A DNA stretch of 64,000 nucleotides from a bacterium (GCA_965207065.1 OZ242260.1:4192001-4256000), one strand, 5' to 3'; shown: positions 19,320 to 30,032, counted from the first letter of the stretch. Notes: a model not told the origin generated them from the letters alone. A program made the numbers and translations.

Positions 19320-21293
19320 TTACATTTCCCGTATGAACCGAGCGGCGTAGCTCCTGATATTTTTCCCGTTCAGCACATGGAACCGACGGATGCGGGCGAT
19401 GGTCTCTCCAGAAAATCGACCGATGGGAATATGAACCAGATGTTTGTCGTGCAGCCGTGCAATCCGCCGCCAGCGTGAATTGGGTGGTCGGGGACTCACC
19501 AAGGCGATGAAACGCTCTTGCGAGTGAAAACACGCCCCTGCGATCAATCGTTCCTCCAGTGTCTGCGCGTAGTGAAAGCGCGAATCCCGCCAGACGTCCT
19601 CGATATATCGGGGAGGAAAAATAAAAAAAGCTCCGCCATATTGCGATTCCGCGATGCCGGGACCAACCAGATTGTCCCCGAACGGGGTCGCATACATGCA
19701 GAGCGTCGATTCCTGATCGTGTTCGGCGTACCACATCGTACGCCATGAGTACTTCTCGGCATCGGCGGGCGTATCGAACAAAAAGACGACAACCTCCAGA
19801 TTTCCTCGCGCGGGGGGAATTTCCTTTACATAGAGGTCACCCGTATGCCAGTTGCGGAGCGTTTCCCTGATATCGAGTCCGTCTTTTATCGATGTCGTGA
19901 ATTTCTCGGTGCGAGCCAGGTCTTCTCCAAAAAGCGCCTTGGCCTGTTCACGCACGTGGGTATGGAAACTCTCTATGGCGTCATCTTCCGGCGGCCAGGA
20001 ACACATGCCGAAAGGATTCCACCTCTGGGCCCATTCGCGCCTTTCAAAAGGCGTGGGCTTCGGTTTGAGGGAAACCCTCCTCCAAACGACGGCCGAACCA
20101 CCCAGGCGGTTCTTGAGCGTCCCGACGTCTCCATCAGGGAATACCGCGCGATCCACGCCAACTTGGACAAAATCGTCTTCATCGAATTCTGGAGTTTCAC
20201 GCTGATATGGATATTTTCGCGCAACTTCTAACAGCGACAATGCGAAAGCATCGCCCGCAGTCTGCTTGGCGGCAAGGGCGAGAGTAAATAAATCCGGCGT
20301 CAACCTCCTTCCCTGCAGTGTCAAATTCCGGACGTATTGCAAGAATATCTGGAGTCTTTGAGGTGTCACCCAGTTTTGCACGGGCCGATGTTCTCTCAAC
20401 CACAACTCTCTCGCCTCCAGGAGGAGCTCCTTGACGCCGTCGATAGAAAGATTGAAATCCCCCATGAATTCTTCGCGTTTTTTTTCGTATAAATACGTCA
20501 AATAGGGAAACTCTCCCAAGAGGAAAGCAAGGGTGTCTTCTGATACCCCATGCCTTCGGGGCGGATTGAGAGACGCGCCCGAGTGGAGTTCGAATAATTT
20601 CTCCTCACTGGATGGGCCTTCCAGACAGGCCGAGCGAATCCAGGGCCAATCCATCGCGGAACATACGAAGACGATGTGCTTGTATCGCGCTTCGAGTTCC
20701 AGCAAGGCGTCGGCCATCCAGCGGATTCTTGCTGCGCGCTGCGACGAGGCTGAGGGCTTGGGAGCTGCCGTTATAAGAGATGCAGCGAATGCCTCCATCG
20801 GTACTTTTTTAAGCGCATACGGATCCGGCAGCGTATGAACATCCTGATGAAAACGCCCCACTTCCATATCTACAAATACTCTGGGTAGACGCTCTCCCAT
20901 CGCCACTCTCAAAGCGGAAATCACGGGTTGGCAAGGGTCAATGGGTACATAGTTACAAGAAGTTAAGTCTGTATCATCTGAGAATAATTCTCCTTCAGTA
21001 CCCAAATCTTCTTCTGGTTGAGTGTACTGCTCCCATGATTCATCAAATTCCGCTTCATCATCTCTAAAATATGACGGGTCATCTTCGTTCACGGACACCA
21101 TTGAGACAAATGGGAGCTCATCTACACCCGCTTCTACTTCATCCTGAAAAGACAGAGGCAGAGGAATCGCAACGCAATCGGGTTCAAGTCGCAAAATCCT
21201 GTCGCGCACTTCGACTGCAAAGTCTCCCGACCCGTGGATGACGGGCAGTACGCTGATCCGCTCGGTGATGTTCAGAAAATCTTTTGCACTCAT
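19320..21293 (-). CDS. Large uncharacterised MoxR-partner protein (TraB/YehM-like N-terminus)
   Basis: 657-aa ORF with TGATG coupling to the ATPase; LPVIH....V...I....PDCVAI.LP N-terminus; GLDIRETLRN motif. Confidence 0.8.
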   Translation of the reverse strand: MSAKDFLNITERISVLPVIHGSGDFAVEVRDRILRLEPDCVAIPLPLSFQDEVEAGVDELPFVSMVSVNEDDPSYFRDDEAEFDESWEQYTQPEEDLGTEGELFSDDTDLTSCNYVPIDPCQPVISALRVAMGERLPRVFVDMEVGRFHQDVHTLPDPYALKKVPMEAFAASLITAAPKPSASSQRAARIRWMADALLELEARYKHIVFVCSAMDWPWIRSACLEGPSSEEKLFELHSGASLNPPRRHGVSEDTLAFLLGEFPYLTYLYEKKREEFMGDFNLSIDGVKELLLEARELWLREHRPVQNWVTPQRLQIFLQYVRNLTLQGRRLTPDLFTLALAAKQTAGDAFALSLLEVARKYPYQRETPEFDEDDFVQVGVDRAVFPDGDVGTLKNRLGGSAVVWRRVSLKPKPTPFERREWAQRWNPFGMCSWPPEDDAIESFHTHVREQAKALFGEDLARTEKFTTSIKDGLDIRETLRNWHTGDLYVKEIPPARGNLEVVVFLFDTPADAEKYSWRTMWYAEHDQESTLCMYATPFGDNLVGPGIAESQYGGAFFIFPPRYIEDVWRDSRFHYAQTLEERLIAGACFHSQERFIALVSPRPPNSRWRRIARLHDKHLVHIPIGRFSGETIARIRRFHVLNGKNIRSYAARFIREM

Positions 21294-22261
21294 CAATCGT
21301 CTCGATCTGGGTGCAAGGGGCTGTCGCCTCCAAAGAAAATATCGCCGAAATCAAGCGGCGGGGGTTCGTCGCCGAGGGCTTGTCGTCTTCTTTGCGCAAG
21401 GCTTTTCAGGTCCAATGCGTCATCTCCCAAAACCTTGGCGAGCGCCTCTCTCCACGCTTCGTCTCGAGAGAGTGGATGCTCCGGGTCCTGCGCAAGGCGT
21501 TTCAGGGCGAATTGAAGTATGTGGATTCCGTCCCGAGGAGAATACTCCAGGTCCAGTTCATGGGCTTCCTGTAAAAATTCCACCGTCAAGGCCAACATCT
21601 CGTTGGGAGCAAACGGCAAATGATATTTCAGGATGGCCATTTCATCTTTTTTGTTCGGGAATTCAAGCCCCAGAGTGGGTTGGAGTCTCGAAAGGATGTA
21701 ATCTGGCACCTCGTATGTTGAGGCATCTTCATTCATCGTTACGCAACAGCGGAAATCGGGGTGCGCCTTTATCGTGACGCCGGCCACAATGGACTCCACA
21801 TAACGGCGATGGTCGAGCAACGGAGCCAGCGAAGCCCAACTCTTTTCACTCATCCGATTGCCTTCATCCAACACGCAAACGCCCCCCCTTATCATGGCTG
21901 TAACAAGAGGCGATGCGTGATAGGCGATTTTGCCTGATTCCGCTAATACGGGCGTGATCAAGAGATCCTCCGGGCGGGTATCAGAGGTGCACTGATAAAT
22001 AAAAAGTTCCTGGCCTCGTTCCCGCGCCGCCGCCATCGCCAGCGTCGTCTTCCCGATCCCCGGGAAACCAATAATTCTCGGAGAGAGAGAAAAATCCTCC
22101 TCCGCTACGATCATCCAGCAGGCCAGAAGCTGTCGCAGTACCTCCGTCTGACCGATCCACGCTTGGTCGGAATCGGTGCGCCCGCTCAGATGCAGGGACA
22201 CTCCTTCGATTTCAACTACTCTCACGTCCGATTCTTCCTTGTTTGAGGTTTTATCGTGCAA
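21293..22261 (-). CDS. MoxR-like AAA+ ATPase (AAA_5)
   Basis: Walker A GFPGIGKT, Walker B CVLDEGNR, sensor I VTMN, Arg finger ILSRL; TTG start after AGGAG. Confidence 0.9.
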   Translation of the reverse strand: MHDKTSNKEESDVRVVEIEGVSLHLSGRTDSDQAWIGQTEVLRQLLACWMIVAEEDFSLSPRIIGFPGIGKTTLAMAAARERGQELFIYQCTSDTRPEDLLITPVLAESGKIAYHASPLVTAMIRGGVCVLDEGNRMSEKSWASLAPLLDHRRYVESIVAGVTIKAHPDFRCCVTMNEDASTYEVPDYILSRLQPTLGLEFPNKKDEMAILKYHLPFAPNEMLALTVEFLQEAHELDLEYSPRDGIHILQFALKRLAQDPEHPLSRDEAWREALAKVLGDDALDLKSLAQRRRQALGDEPPPLDFGDIFFGGDSPLHPDRDD

Positions 22262-22331
22262 AATCGACTCCTATTTCCAAATTCCTGCTTCGAAAGTCAT
22301 AACATCTCGCCCTGGCAACCGGGACATACTT

Positions 22332-23078
22332 CTAATCCGTAAAATATCCCCCGTTTACATCCAGGGCTTCTCCGGTGATATGCGCAGCTTCTTCGCTTGC
22401 AAGAAACAAAGTGGGCGGCACCAACTCCGAAGCCATCGCGAACCTTCCCATCGGGTGTTTTGCCAGCGCTTTGTTGTATACATCCGGCCCAAATTCTCGC
22501 ATTAATGGTCCATCAATCGGTCCGGGGACCAAACAGTTCACGGTCACTTTAGTTTTCGCCAGTTCGCGAGCAAGGTTAAACGTCATAGCCAAAATACCAC
22601 CTTTTGAAGCGCCATATGTGAGATTCGGGCCCAGTCCCCCCGATTTTCCTGCCCCTGAGCCAAACAGGATAATCCGTCCCGACGGAGAATCCATGAGCGC
22701 AGGCATCGCCCCTTGAATGTAAAAATAAGGGGACAGGAGGTTCACGCTCAGAGCGCGCCTCCAGTCGGATTCATCGAGCGAGAGAGGGTCTTTCACCAGC
22801 ATGTTCGCCGCCGTGTGAACCAGGATGTCGCATCCACCCAGCCATGCGATTGCTTCTTGCAGCATGGCTTTCACTTCAGTGAAATTCTCGAAATCACAGG
22901 ATATTTTTTTCAGCATCTCCTCGGGACCTCTGATGAGCCGCAGTTTTTCTGAACTCCGTCCCGTGGCGACAAGCTTTGCGCCTGAATCCAGAAATCCCCG
23001 AACGAGTGCTTTGCCCACATCTCCAGAGGCACCGGTCAGAAGTACTTTTTTGCCATGAAAGTCAAAACGGAGTGTCAT
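22332..23078 (-). CDS. SDR family oxidoreductase (FabG-like)
   Basis: TGASGDVG, YGASK, VNCLVPG, ITGEALDVNGG. Confidence 0.9.
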   Translation of the reverse strand: MTLRFDFHGKKVLLTGASGDVGKALVRGFLDSGAKLVATGRSSEKLRLIRGPEEMLKKISCDFENFTEVKAMLQEAIAWLGGCDILVHTAANMLVKDPLSLDESDWRRALSVNLLSPYFYIQGAMPALMDSPSGRIILFGSGAGKSGGLGPNLTYGASKGGILAMTFNLARELAKTKVTVNCLVPGPIDGPLMREFGPDVYNKALAKHPMGRFAMASELVPPTLFLASEEAAHITGEALDVNGGYFTD

Positions 23079-23231
23079 TTTGATGATCCCGAAGCCGGCA
23101 CACAACTTTCAGCCAGCCTCCTCCCCTGATATATATCGAATAAGATACAATATCAGTTGAAAGATCGCATTCTTGGCGGGAATTCAATTTTAATTGCTGC
23201 AGATACAACTAGAACAACTTGGGGAACACTC

Positions 23232-24497
23232 ATGAATTTGTTTGATGAACTGAAACTCCGCGGTTTGGTCCATGATCACACGGACCAGACGGAAATTCAG
23301 AGTATATTGGGAATTGGCGGTATGAGCCTCTATTGCGGCTTCGACCCCACGGCTGACAGCTTGCATATCGGAAATTTGATTCCCATTACGGGACTCATGC
23401 GTTTTCAACGTGCAGGACACCGGCCGATTGCCCTCATCGGCGGCGGAACCGGGATGATAGGGGACCCTTCGGGAAAATCAGAAGAAAGAAACCTCCTGAG
23501 CGCAGCAATTTTGGAACACAACCTCAAAGGAATCAGAGCTCAATTCGAAAGGTTCCTGGATTTTGATGCGGGTCCAAACTCTGCGCGTATGATGAACAAT
23601 GGGGAATGGCTGAATGAGCTCCGCCTCATCGATTTTTTCCGCGACGTAGGCAAACATTTTTCCATCGGCTACATGATGGCGAAAGAATCGGTAAAGTCGC
23701 GCATCGCCGATGCGGGGATATCATACACTGAGTTCAGCTACATGGCGCTTCAGGCGTATGATTTTCTGCACCTGTTTGAGAAAGAGAATTGCACCATGCA
23801 GATCGGCGGCTCGGATCAGTGGGGCAACATCACGGCGGGGATTGAACTCATCCGACGCGTTCGCGCAAAACCCGTATACGGAATGACCTTCCCGCTCATC
23901 ACGACTTCCGACGGCAGAAAATTCGGGAAGACAGAAGAAGGAAATATCTGGCTGGATCCGAAGCGAACCAGCCCTTACCGATTCTCGCAATACTGGATTC
24001 AGACAGACGACAGGGATGTCGGGAGGTTTTTCAGATACTTTACCTTTTTACCCGTTGATGAAATTGATGAGATTGAGAAGGAACATCTCAAGTCTCCGGA
24101 GAAACGAGCAGGACAACATCTCCTGGCTAAGGAATTGACGACGCTCGTACACGGCGCCACCGCAGCGCGAAGCGCAGAGCGCGCCGCAAAGATACTATTT
24201 GGTGCTCAACTCGATAACATCGAGAAAAACGATTTGCTTTCAGCCGCAGAGGAAATGCCAAAAACTCAGCAATCGGGAACACCACCATTTCCGCTTATTG
24301 ATATCCTGCTGGAAACCGGCCTTTCCAAATCGAAAACTATGGCGCGAAAAGAATTAAAAGGTGGCGGTATTTATGTGAACAATCTCCGTATTACGGATGA
24401 GGAAAGTGTTTTGTCTGCAGATGATATATTGTTCGGTCAATACATCCTGCTTCGAAAAGGAAAAAAGAACTATCATCTGCTAGAATTTGAAAGATAA
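23232..24497 (+). CDS. tyrS: Tyrosine--tRNA ligase
   Basis: YCGFDPTADSLHIGN, QAYDF, QIGGSDQWGNI, KFGKT, C-terminal S4 domain (LRKGKK). Confidence 0.97.
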   Translation: MNLFDELKLRGLVHDHTDQTEIQSILGIGGMSLYCGFDPTADSLHIGNLIPITGLMRFQRAGHRPIALIGGGTGMIGDPSGKSEERNLLSAAILEHNLKGIRAQFERFLDFDAGPNSARMMNNGEWLNELRLIDFFRDVGKHFSIGYMMAKESVKSRIADAGISYTEFSYMALQAYDFLHLFEKENCTMQIGGSDQWGNITAGIELIRRVRAKPVYGMTFPLITTSDGRKFGKTEEGNIWLDPKRTSPYRFSQYWIQTDDRDVGRFFRYFTFLPVDEIDEIEKEHLKSPEKRAGQHLLAKELTTLVHGATAARSAERAAKILFGAQLDNIEKNDLLSAAEEMPKTQQSGTPPFPLIDILLETGLSKSKTMARKELKGGGIYVNNLRITDEESVLSADDILFGQYILLRKGKKNYHLLEFER

Positions 24498-24638
24498 ATA
24501 AATACGGAAATCATCATTGCCGCATATCGTTATGAGAGTTGAGTAAAGCCTCTTGAAAATTCCCAGACATTTGTTGATGCTGAAAATGGATTTCCATATC
24601 CGACGGCGTTTCGGCTCTACCGAAGCAACCCTCCAAAC

Positions 24639-25916
24639 ATGAACGAACGAAGAAGCGTCGCCCAGGTCGAATATCATGACCTGCCTCCCGAGTTTCACCA
24701 GTGGAAATGGCGGATTCTTATCGCTTTTTGTGTTTTCTATGCCTTCAACTATCTGGGCAGATTCAACTTCAGTCTGGTGCAGTACGCAGTCATCCAGGAT
24801 TTGGGCATCACGCGAGTCGATACCGGATGGATCAATTCATGGATGTTTTGGGGCTTCGCTTTCGGGGATTTGGTATTTGGGCGAATCGCGGAAAAAATTG
24901 GCTATAAAAACACCATTCTCTTCGCCGCCATAACCACGTCGTTGTTCAATTTCATCGCGAGTTTTGGATATTCCATCACTACGCTCGCCATACCCTGGGC
25001 GGTTGTCGGTTTTGTGAACGCGGCCACCTGGGGGCCAGGACTCGGCCTCGTAGCGCAATGGTGGCCCAGACGGGAGCGGGGGCAAGCGATTGGGCTCGTG
25101 GGAACAGCCGCCGGTATCGCGCTCCTCATTGTTTGGGCGGTCGTACCCTGGACGGCGGCGCAATATGGCTGGCGAGTTGCTATTCGCTACCCTCCTTTGA
25201 TCATCGCCGTTTTGGGAATCATTTTTTATTTTATCGTCAAAGACAAACCCTCTGAACTAGACCTCCCTGAGTATATTGAGTCAGATGAAGTATCCCGCGA
25301 GGCAGAATCGGCAGGCAGCGAAAGTGAACATGGACTGAAAGCATATTTTCACCTGATGACCAATCTGCGCTTCTTTTTGGCGTGCCACGTAAAAGGACTG
25401 GACAACGTGGTTCGTTACGGCGTCGTCTCGTGGGCGCCTTTGTACTACGCTCAAGCTGGTGGGTTTAATCTCAAGGAGATGGGCTTGCTGACCTTCGCCT
25501 ACCCTCTGGGGTATCTGTTCGGGCCCATATTTGGTGGAATCATTTCAGATAGATTTTTCAAGAGCAATCGCTCCATCGTGATTATACTCGCCGCCTTTCT
25601 GAGTGCCGCCGCGATGATGGGAATCGCGTATGCGCCCGCCGATAACATTCCCCTCGCCATCATTTTGCTTATCGTCGGTGGATTTTGCGTCAACATGTCC
25701 ACTGTGCAGGCGTTGGGGGTAGACTTGGCCGGCAGGCGCCTAGCCGGAACGGCGGCGGGCGTGTTGGATGCTCACGGGTATATCTATGGCGCGCTGCAAG
25801 CCATATTCTTTGGATGGCTGTCTCTAGCGATTTCAAATGGGTGGTTCTGGGTGTTCACGGCCATGGCGGCCAGTAGACTCATTGCGGTACTGCTCGTCTG
25901 GAGAGTGCGTGCATAA
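24639..25916 (+). CDS. MFS transporter, organophosphate:Pi antiporter (GlpT/UhpC)-like
   Basis: About 12 TM helices; Y..NYLGR.NFS, WWPRRERG, GIISDR, AGTAAG. Confidence 0.88.
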   Translation: MNERRSVAQVEYHDLPPEFHQWKWRILIAFCVFYAFNYLGRFNFSLVQYAVIQDLGITRVDTGWINSWMFWGFAFGDLVFGRIAEKIGYKNTILFAAITTSLFNFIASFGYSITTLAIPWAVVGFVNAATWGPGLGLVAQWWPRRERGQAIGLVGTAAGIALLIVWAVVPWTAAQYGWRVAIRYPPLIIAVLGIIFYFIVKDKPSELDLPEYIESDEVSREAESAGSESEHGLKAYFHLMTNLRFFLACHVKGLDNVVRYGVVSWAPLYYAQAGGFNLKEMGLLTFAYPLGYLFGPIFGGIISDRFFKSNRSIVIILAAFLSAAAMMGIAYAPADNIPLAIILLIVGGFCVNMSTVQALGVDLAGRRLAGTAAGVLDAHGYIYGALQAIFFGWLSLAISNGWFWVFTAMAASRLIAVLLVWRVRA

Positions 25917-25969
25917 ATGAGCAATTTTCATCAGGCAAATAGAGAGGCCCGCGTACTTGAGTTCAGCCA

Positions 25970-27367
25970 TCATTTATCATTTTCCCGCTTAATACCTATT
26001 AAAATTTCCAAACGAATCCTGTTTTCATCACTACCAAATTTCTTCTCCAAGAAAGAAAGCAGTCCTTGAACCAAATTCGCGCGGTGCTCTTGTGACATCA
26101 CCAAATAAGAGGATGCTCCAAAACGCCAATTCTTGTCCGTTCCTCGGACGATGAAGTCCAGGCGAACATCATCCTGTCTCGCCAAATACAGTGCCGCCAA
26201 AAGGTCTTTCCCATCATCGAGTTCGAATATCAATGACTGTTCCGTTCCATCTCCGAATCGAAGATTCAAGACCAGCATAGTCGTATCGGCCCATTTCGGG
26301 GAATCGAAAACGACAGAAAGCAATTCTGGGGAAGCAGAAGCATCAACGCCGATGACGATATAAGTTTCACCGCCTACGATAAACCTGTCTGATGAGAGAA
26401 CACCGCCTTCTTCATCCTTATGGGTTAAAAAATCATTCAACCAATCAGGCAATCTCTCCCGTCCGGGATAAGCCGTGGGTGTTTCACCCTCATCCAATAA
26501 TTGGAGTTTGTCCGCCCAAGCAAGCAAAGAAACCAGCAATGGCGGCGCTGGACGAAGGATTTCCGACTCCCAGGGAGTGACGCCTGCCATAGCGCTATCA
26601 AGACTTCTCATCAATTCATCCTGCATATTCTCCCACGTTGTCATTCGCTCGATTTCATTTCCAGCTTCAATCGAATTCTCCAAACCCTCAATCGCAGCCA
26701 ATCGACGAACCAATTCCGACAAATGTGAATCTTCTTCTATATCTCCATACATTATACGTGCTTCGGCAACCTTTTCGGTTAAACCATTATCATCAAGCCA
26801 TGAATCCAAATTCATCGGAAGAGGATGCAAACCGATATTCGGATCATTGGAGCGTCTCCAAAGGCCACGAGCACATTCCAAGGCAGCATTCACGGCCTGC
26901 TCCGTATGAATCTCCCATACATCGGAAAGTTCTTTTCGTATGGCGTTTTCGCCCACGCCGTCGTCGTACATGCTCGCCAGACGACGGAGCAACAAACTAA
27001 AAAAGGCCGATTGCGCCTTCACCATGGAAGACAATTTTCCGCGTCTCGACGTTAGGGATGTCAACATCAGATATAGGATACCGATTTCCGGCTTTACGCC
27101 CCGAGCATTAAAAAGCGCCGTCAGCTTACCTATGCGCTGAAGCACGAACCCCAACTCCTCACCGGCCAACAACTTCATGTGGATGAAAGAAATCGGGAGA
27201 ACCTGCTCGGGCAAGATGGGTTCCGCATGAGGAGGAAAAAGTGTTTGGGTGAAGTTTTGCCTGATTTGCTCGCCTACGTCCCCAAAACTCTCATGCAGGT
27301 AAAGCTCACAGGTCGATTCCCACCAATCGTAAAACAAACTTCGCCGCGCGGTAGGAGACACCCTCAT
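25970..27367 (-). CDS. Hypothetical protein (465 aa)
   Basis: Long ORF in the AT-richer region; ATGA overlap with the upstream gene; no family recognised. Confidence 0.75.
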   Translation of the reverse strand: MRVSPTARRSLFYDWWESTCELYLHESFGDVGEQIRQNFTQTLFPPHAEPILPEQVLPISFIHMKLLAGEELGFVLQRIGKLTALFNARGVKPEIGILYLMLTSLTSRRGKLSSMVKAQSAFFSLLLRRLASMYDDGVGENAIRKELSDVWEIHTEQAVNAALECARGLWRRSNDPNIGLHPLPMNLDSWLDDNGLTEKVAEARIMYGDIEEDSHLSELVRRLAAIEGLENSIEAGNEIERMTTWENMQDELMRSLDSAMAGVTPWESEILRPAPPLLVSLLAWADKLQLLDEGETPTAYPGRERLPDWLNDFLTHKDEEGGVLSSDRFIVGGETYIVIGVDASASPELLSVVFDSPKWADTTMLVLNLRFGDGTEQSLIFELDDGKDLLAALYLARQDDVRLDFIVRGTDKNWRFGASSYLVMSQEHRANLVQGLLSFLEKKFGSDENRIRLEILIGIKRENDK

Positions 27368-27579
27368 TCGCTCTCGGGCATGGATGAGTGTTCACTCTGC
27401 CCTATCGATGGGGTGCGTGCTTTCTTCTGAATCAGGCGCCCGAGAGAAAACAAAATGACTGCTGAGCCTAAAATAATGAGTTGTATGGCATAGGCCGAAG
27501 GATTCGAAATGCCTATGAACAAGGCAATCGCGCAATCCACCATGGCGAGAAATTGCAGAGCGCGCCCCAAGCCATACAT
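27364..27579 (-). CDS. Small two-TM membrane protein
   Basis: Two hydrophobic helices; TGATG coupling to the aminotransferase. Confidence 0.65.
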   Translation of the reverse strand: MYGLGRALQFLAMVDCAIALFIGISNPSAYAIQLIILGSAVILFSLGRLIQKKARTPSIGQSEHSSMPESE

Positions 27580-28775
27580 CAACCAAGTTGTCCCAAGGCT
27601 GCTCTGATTCGTTCGATCCCCTCTTTTACGTTTTCCAGGGAAGTTGCGTAGGAGAAACGCACGTAATCATCCGCGCCGAAACCGGCGCCGGGCACGCCGG
27701 CGCAGTGCGCGTTTTCGAGGAGATACAGGCCCACATCCATTGAATTTTTCAATGCTCCATTCGGTCCCTGGCGCCCGAACACGCCGCTCACCCTGGGGAA
27801 GGCGTAAAACGCGCCCTTGGGGTTGACGACGCTGAGCCCGTCAATCGAGTTGAATCCCTCGACGATCGCTTTTCTTCTCGCGTCGTACTGCGCCAGCCAC
27901 TCGTTCAGGAAGTCATGCGATCCCCTCAAGGCCGCGACCCCCCCGTATTGGGCGAAGGAAGTGGCGTTGCTCGTGCTCTGGCCCTGCAGCGTGTCCATCG
28001 CCTCGATGATTTCAGGCCTTGCGAGCGTATACCCCAAACGCCATCCCGTCATCGCGTACGTTTTCGAGAACCCGTCCAGAACGAGGGTGCGCGCCTTCAA
28101 TTCGTCGGAAAAGCCGGCAATCGAGTAATGCTCTTCGCCGTCATAGGTGATTTTCCCGTAAATCTCATCGGACATGACCATCGCGTCGGTGGATAGCACC
28201 ACCTCGGCAATCGCCTCCAACTCCCCGCGGCTGTAGACGCAGCCCGAAGGGTTGCACGGGCTGTTGATCACCACGATTTTCGTTCGCTCGGAGACGACTT
28301 CTCGCAACTGCTCGGCCGTCATTTTATGGCCGTTTTCCTCGCTCGTCTGAACCAGAACCGCTTTCGCACCGGTCAGGGTGGCGACCGGTTCATAGGCCAC
28401 CCAGATGGGCGCCGGGATGACGACCTCATCGCCCTCCTCGACGAGGACGTGCAAGGCGTTGAATACCGATTGCTTCCCGCCCACGGTGACGATCACTTCC
28501 GATTTCGGGTCATACTTGAGACCCTTGTGCTCCTCCGCCCAATCGCTAATCGCCTCTCTCAATGCTGGTATGCCCCGGACCGCCGTGTATTTCGTGGCGC
28601 CGTCGCGAAGCCCCTGGATGGCCCCTTCCTTGATGTGTTCGGGGGTATCGAAATCAGGCTCTCCCGCAGCGAACGAGATGACGTCTACGCCTTGCGCCTT
28701 CATTTCCGCCGCCTTGGTGTTCATCGCCAGCGTGGGAATGGGAGGCAACTTGCTCATTCGGGATGCAAAACGCAT
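27579..28775 (-). CDS. aspC: Class I PLP aminotransferase (aspartate aminotransferase-like)
   Basis: GEPDFDTP, NSPCNPSG, SDEIY, GFSKTYAMTGWRLGY. Confidence 0.9.
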   Translation of the reverse strand: MRFASRMSKLPPIPTLAMNTKAAEMKAQGVDVISFAAGEPDFDTPEHIKEGAIQGLRDGATKYTAVRGIPALREAISDWAEEHKGLKYDPKSEVIVTVGGKQSVFNALHVLVEEGDEVVIPAPIWVAYEPVATLTGAKAVLVQTSEENGHKMTAEQLREVVSERTKIVVINSPCNPSGCVYSRGELEAIAEVVLSTDAMVMSDEIYGKITYDGEEHYSIAGFSDELKARTLVLDGFSKTYAMTGWRLGYTLARPEIIEAMDTLQGQSTSNATSFAQYGGVAALRGSHDFLNEWLAQYDARRKAIVEGFNSIDGLSVVNPKGAFYAFPRVSGVFGRQGPNGALKNSMDVGLYLLENAHCAGVPGAGFGADDYVRFSYATSLENVKEGIERIRAALGQLG

Positions 28776-28802
28776 GAGAAACTCCAGAGTTAGAAAATGG
28801 AT

Positions 28803-29288
28803 TTAGCTGCGGAACCGCTCGTCGAGAGCCTCTCGCACGGAAGGGGATACGTGTTCGCTCACGTCTCCGCCGAGCGAGGCGACTTCCTTGACGAGGCTGG
28901 AACTGAGGAAACTGTACTGTTCGCTGGGCATGAGGAAAATCGTTTCGATCTCCTCGTTCAGCCTTCTGTTCATGAGCGTCATCTGCATCTCATAATCAAA
29001 ATCGCTCACGGCGCGCAGACCACGAATGATGGCCTGGGCATTCACATTCACGGCGAAATCCACGAGCAGTTCACGCTCAAAGCTTATAATCTCAATCTGG
29101 TTCGACTCCCTGAATTCTTCCAGGAAAAAATTCTTGCGCTCCTCGAAACTGAACAGGGGCGTTTTCGAGGGGTGAACGGAGATGGCCACGGTAACCTTCG
29201 AGAAAAGCCTCTGGCTCCTGCGAACGACGTCGAAATGCCCTTTCGTCGGTGGGTCGAAGGTTCCCGGGTATACCGCATGACTTTCCAT
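28803..29288 (-). CDS. coaD: Phosphopantetheine adenylyltransferase
   Basis: YPGTFDPPT.GH, IRGLRAVSDFDYE, SSSLVKEVA. Confidence 0.97.
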   Translation of the reverse strand: MESHAVYPGTFDPPTKGHFDVVRRSQRLFSKVTVAISVHPSKTPLFSFEERKNFFLEEFRESNQIEIISFERELLVDFAVNVNAQAIIRGLRAVSDFDYEMQMTLMNRRLNEEIETIFLMPSEQYSFLSSSLVKEVASLGGDVSEHVSPSVREALDERFRS

Positions 29289-29345
29289 GGAAACGAACCT
29301 CATATCAAGCGAAAGGAGCCACTACCCTGTGCGAAATGCGCGTTA

Positions 29346-29374
29346 AAACTAGTCTTTTGGATATCTCGTGTCAA
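29346..29374 (-). promoter_or_regulatory. Putative sigma70 promoter for coaD operon
   Basis: Minus strand TTGACA-17 nt-TAGTTT. Confidence 0.55.
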
Positions 29375-29471
29375 CTTGAGGGCCGTGCAAACGCTGCGGA
29401 GTGGACCAAGCGGGGCATACTCTCCATTACGACCTGCACATTGCCGAAATCCGGGTCTATGACGGAATACC

Positions 29472-30032
29472 TTATGGTTTCAGGACCTCCCGCACCATAT
29501 GGCTGATCTCTGGAAGAATGATTTTTTCCATTCCCGTGCGACAGGCGTTCCCCGAGCCTGGAAGCGTCATGATGATGGTGTCCTTACAAGTCCCCGCTGT
29601 TGCCCGGGTGAGCATGGCGGCCGTGCCGATCTCCTCGAAACTCACGTGACGGAACAACTCGCCGAAGCCGGGCATTTCCTTCTCCAGAATGGAAACGACG
29701 ACGTCGTACGTCGTATCCCGCTTGGTGATTCCCGTCCCCCCGTTCGAAATCACAACCTGGTTATCCGGGTTCGTACACGCTTCTAGCAGCGCTTCGCGAA
29801 TCTGGTCCGGTTCATCCTTCACGATGCGGTAAAAGGCGACCTTGTGGCCCATGTCGCTCAGCATGTTCATGATCAATTTTCCGCTCGTGTCGCTGTCTTC
29901 TGTGCGCGTGTCGCTCACGGTGAGCACGCCGCACGTAACGGCGTCCGGCCCCTCGGCTCGGTGGTCTTCAAAAGTTTTCAGATCGGCCGCCTGTTCGACT
30001 TCCCGGCGGGATGGACCCTCTGCCTGGCTCAT
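29472..30032 (-). CDS. moaB: Molybdenum cofactor biosynthesis protein MoaB/Mog
   Basis: LTVSDTR...D.SG, NGGTG...RD.T, PGFGELFR, LPGS. Confidence 0.92.
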   Translation of the reverse strand: MSQAEGPSRREVEQAADLKTFEDHRAEGPDAVTCGVLTVSDTRTEDSDTSGKLIMNMLSDMGHKVAFYRIVKDEPDQIREALLEACTNPDNQVVISNGGTGITKRDTTYDVVVSILEKEMPGFGELFRHVSFEEIGTAAMLTRATAGTCKDTIIMTLPGSGNACRTGMEKIILPEISHMVREVLKP

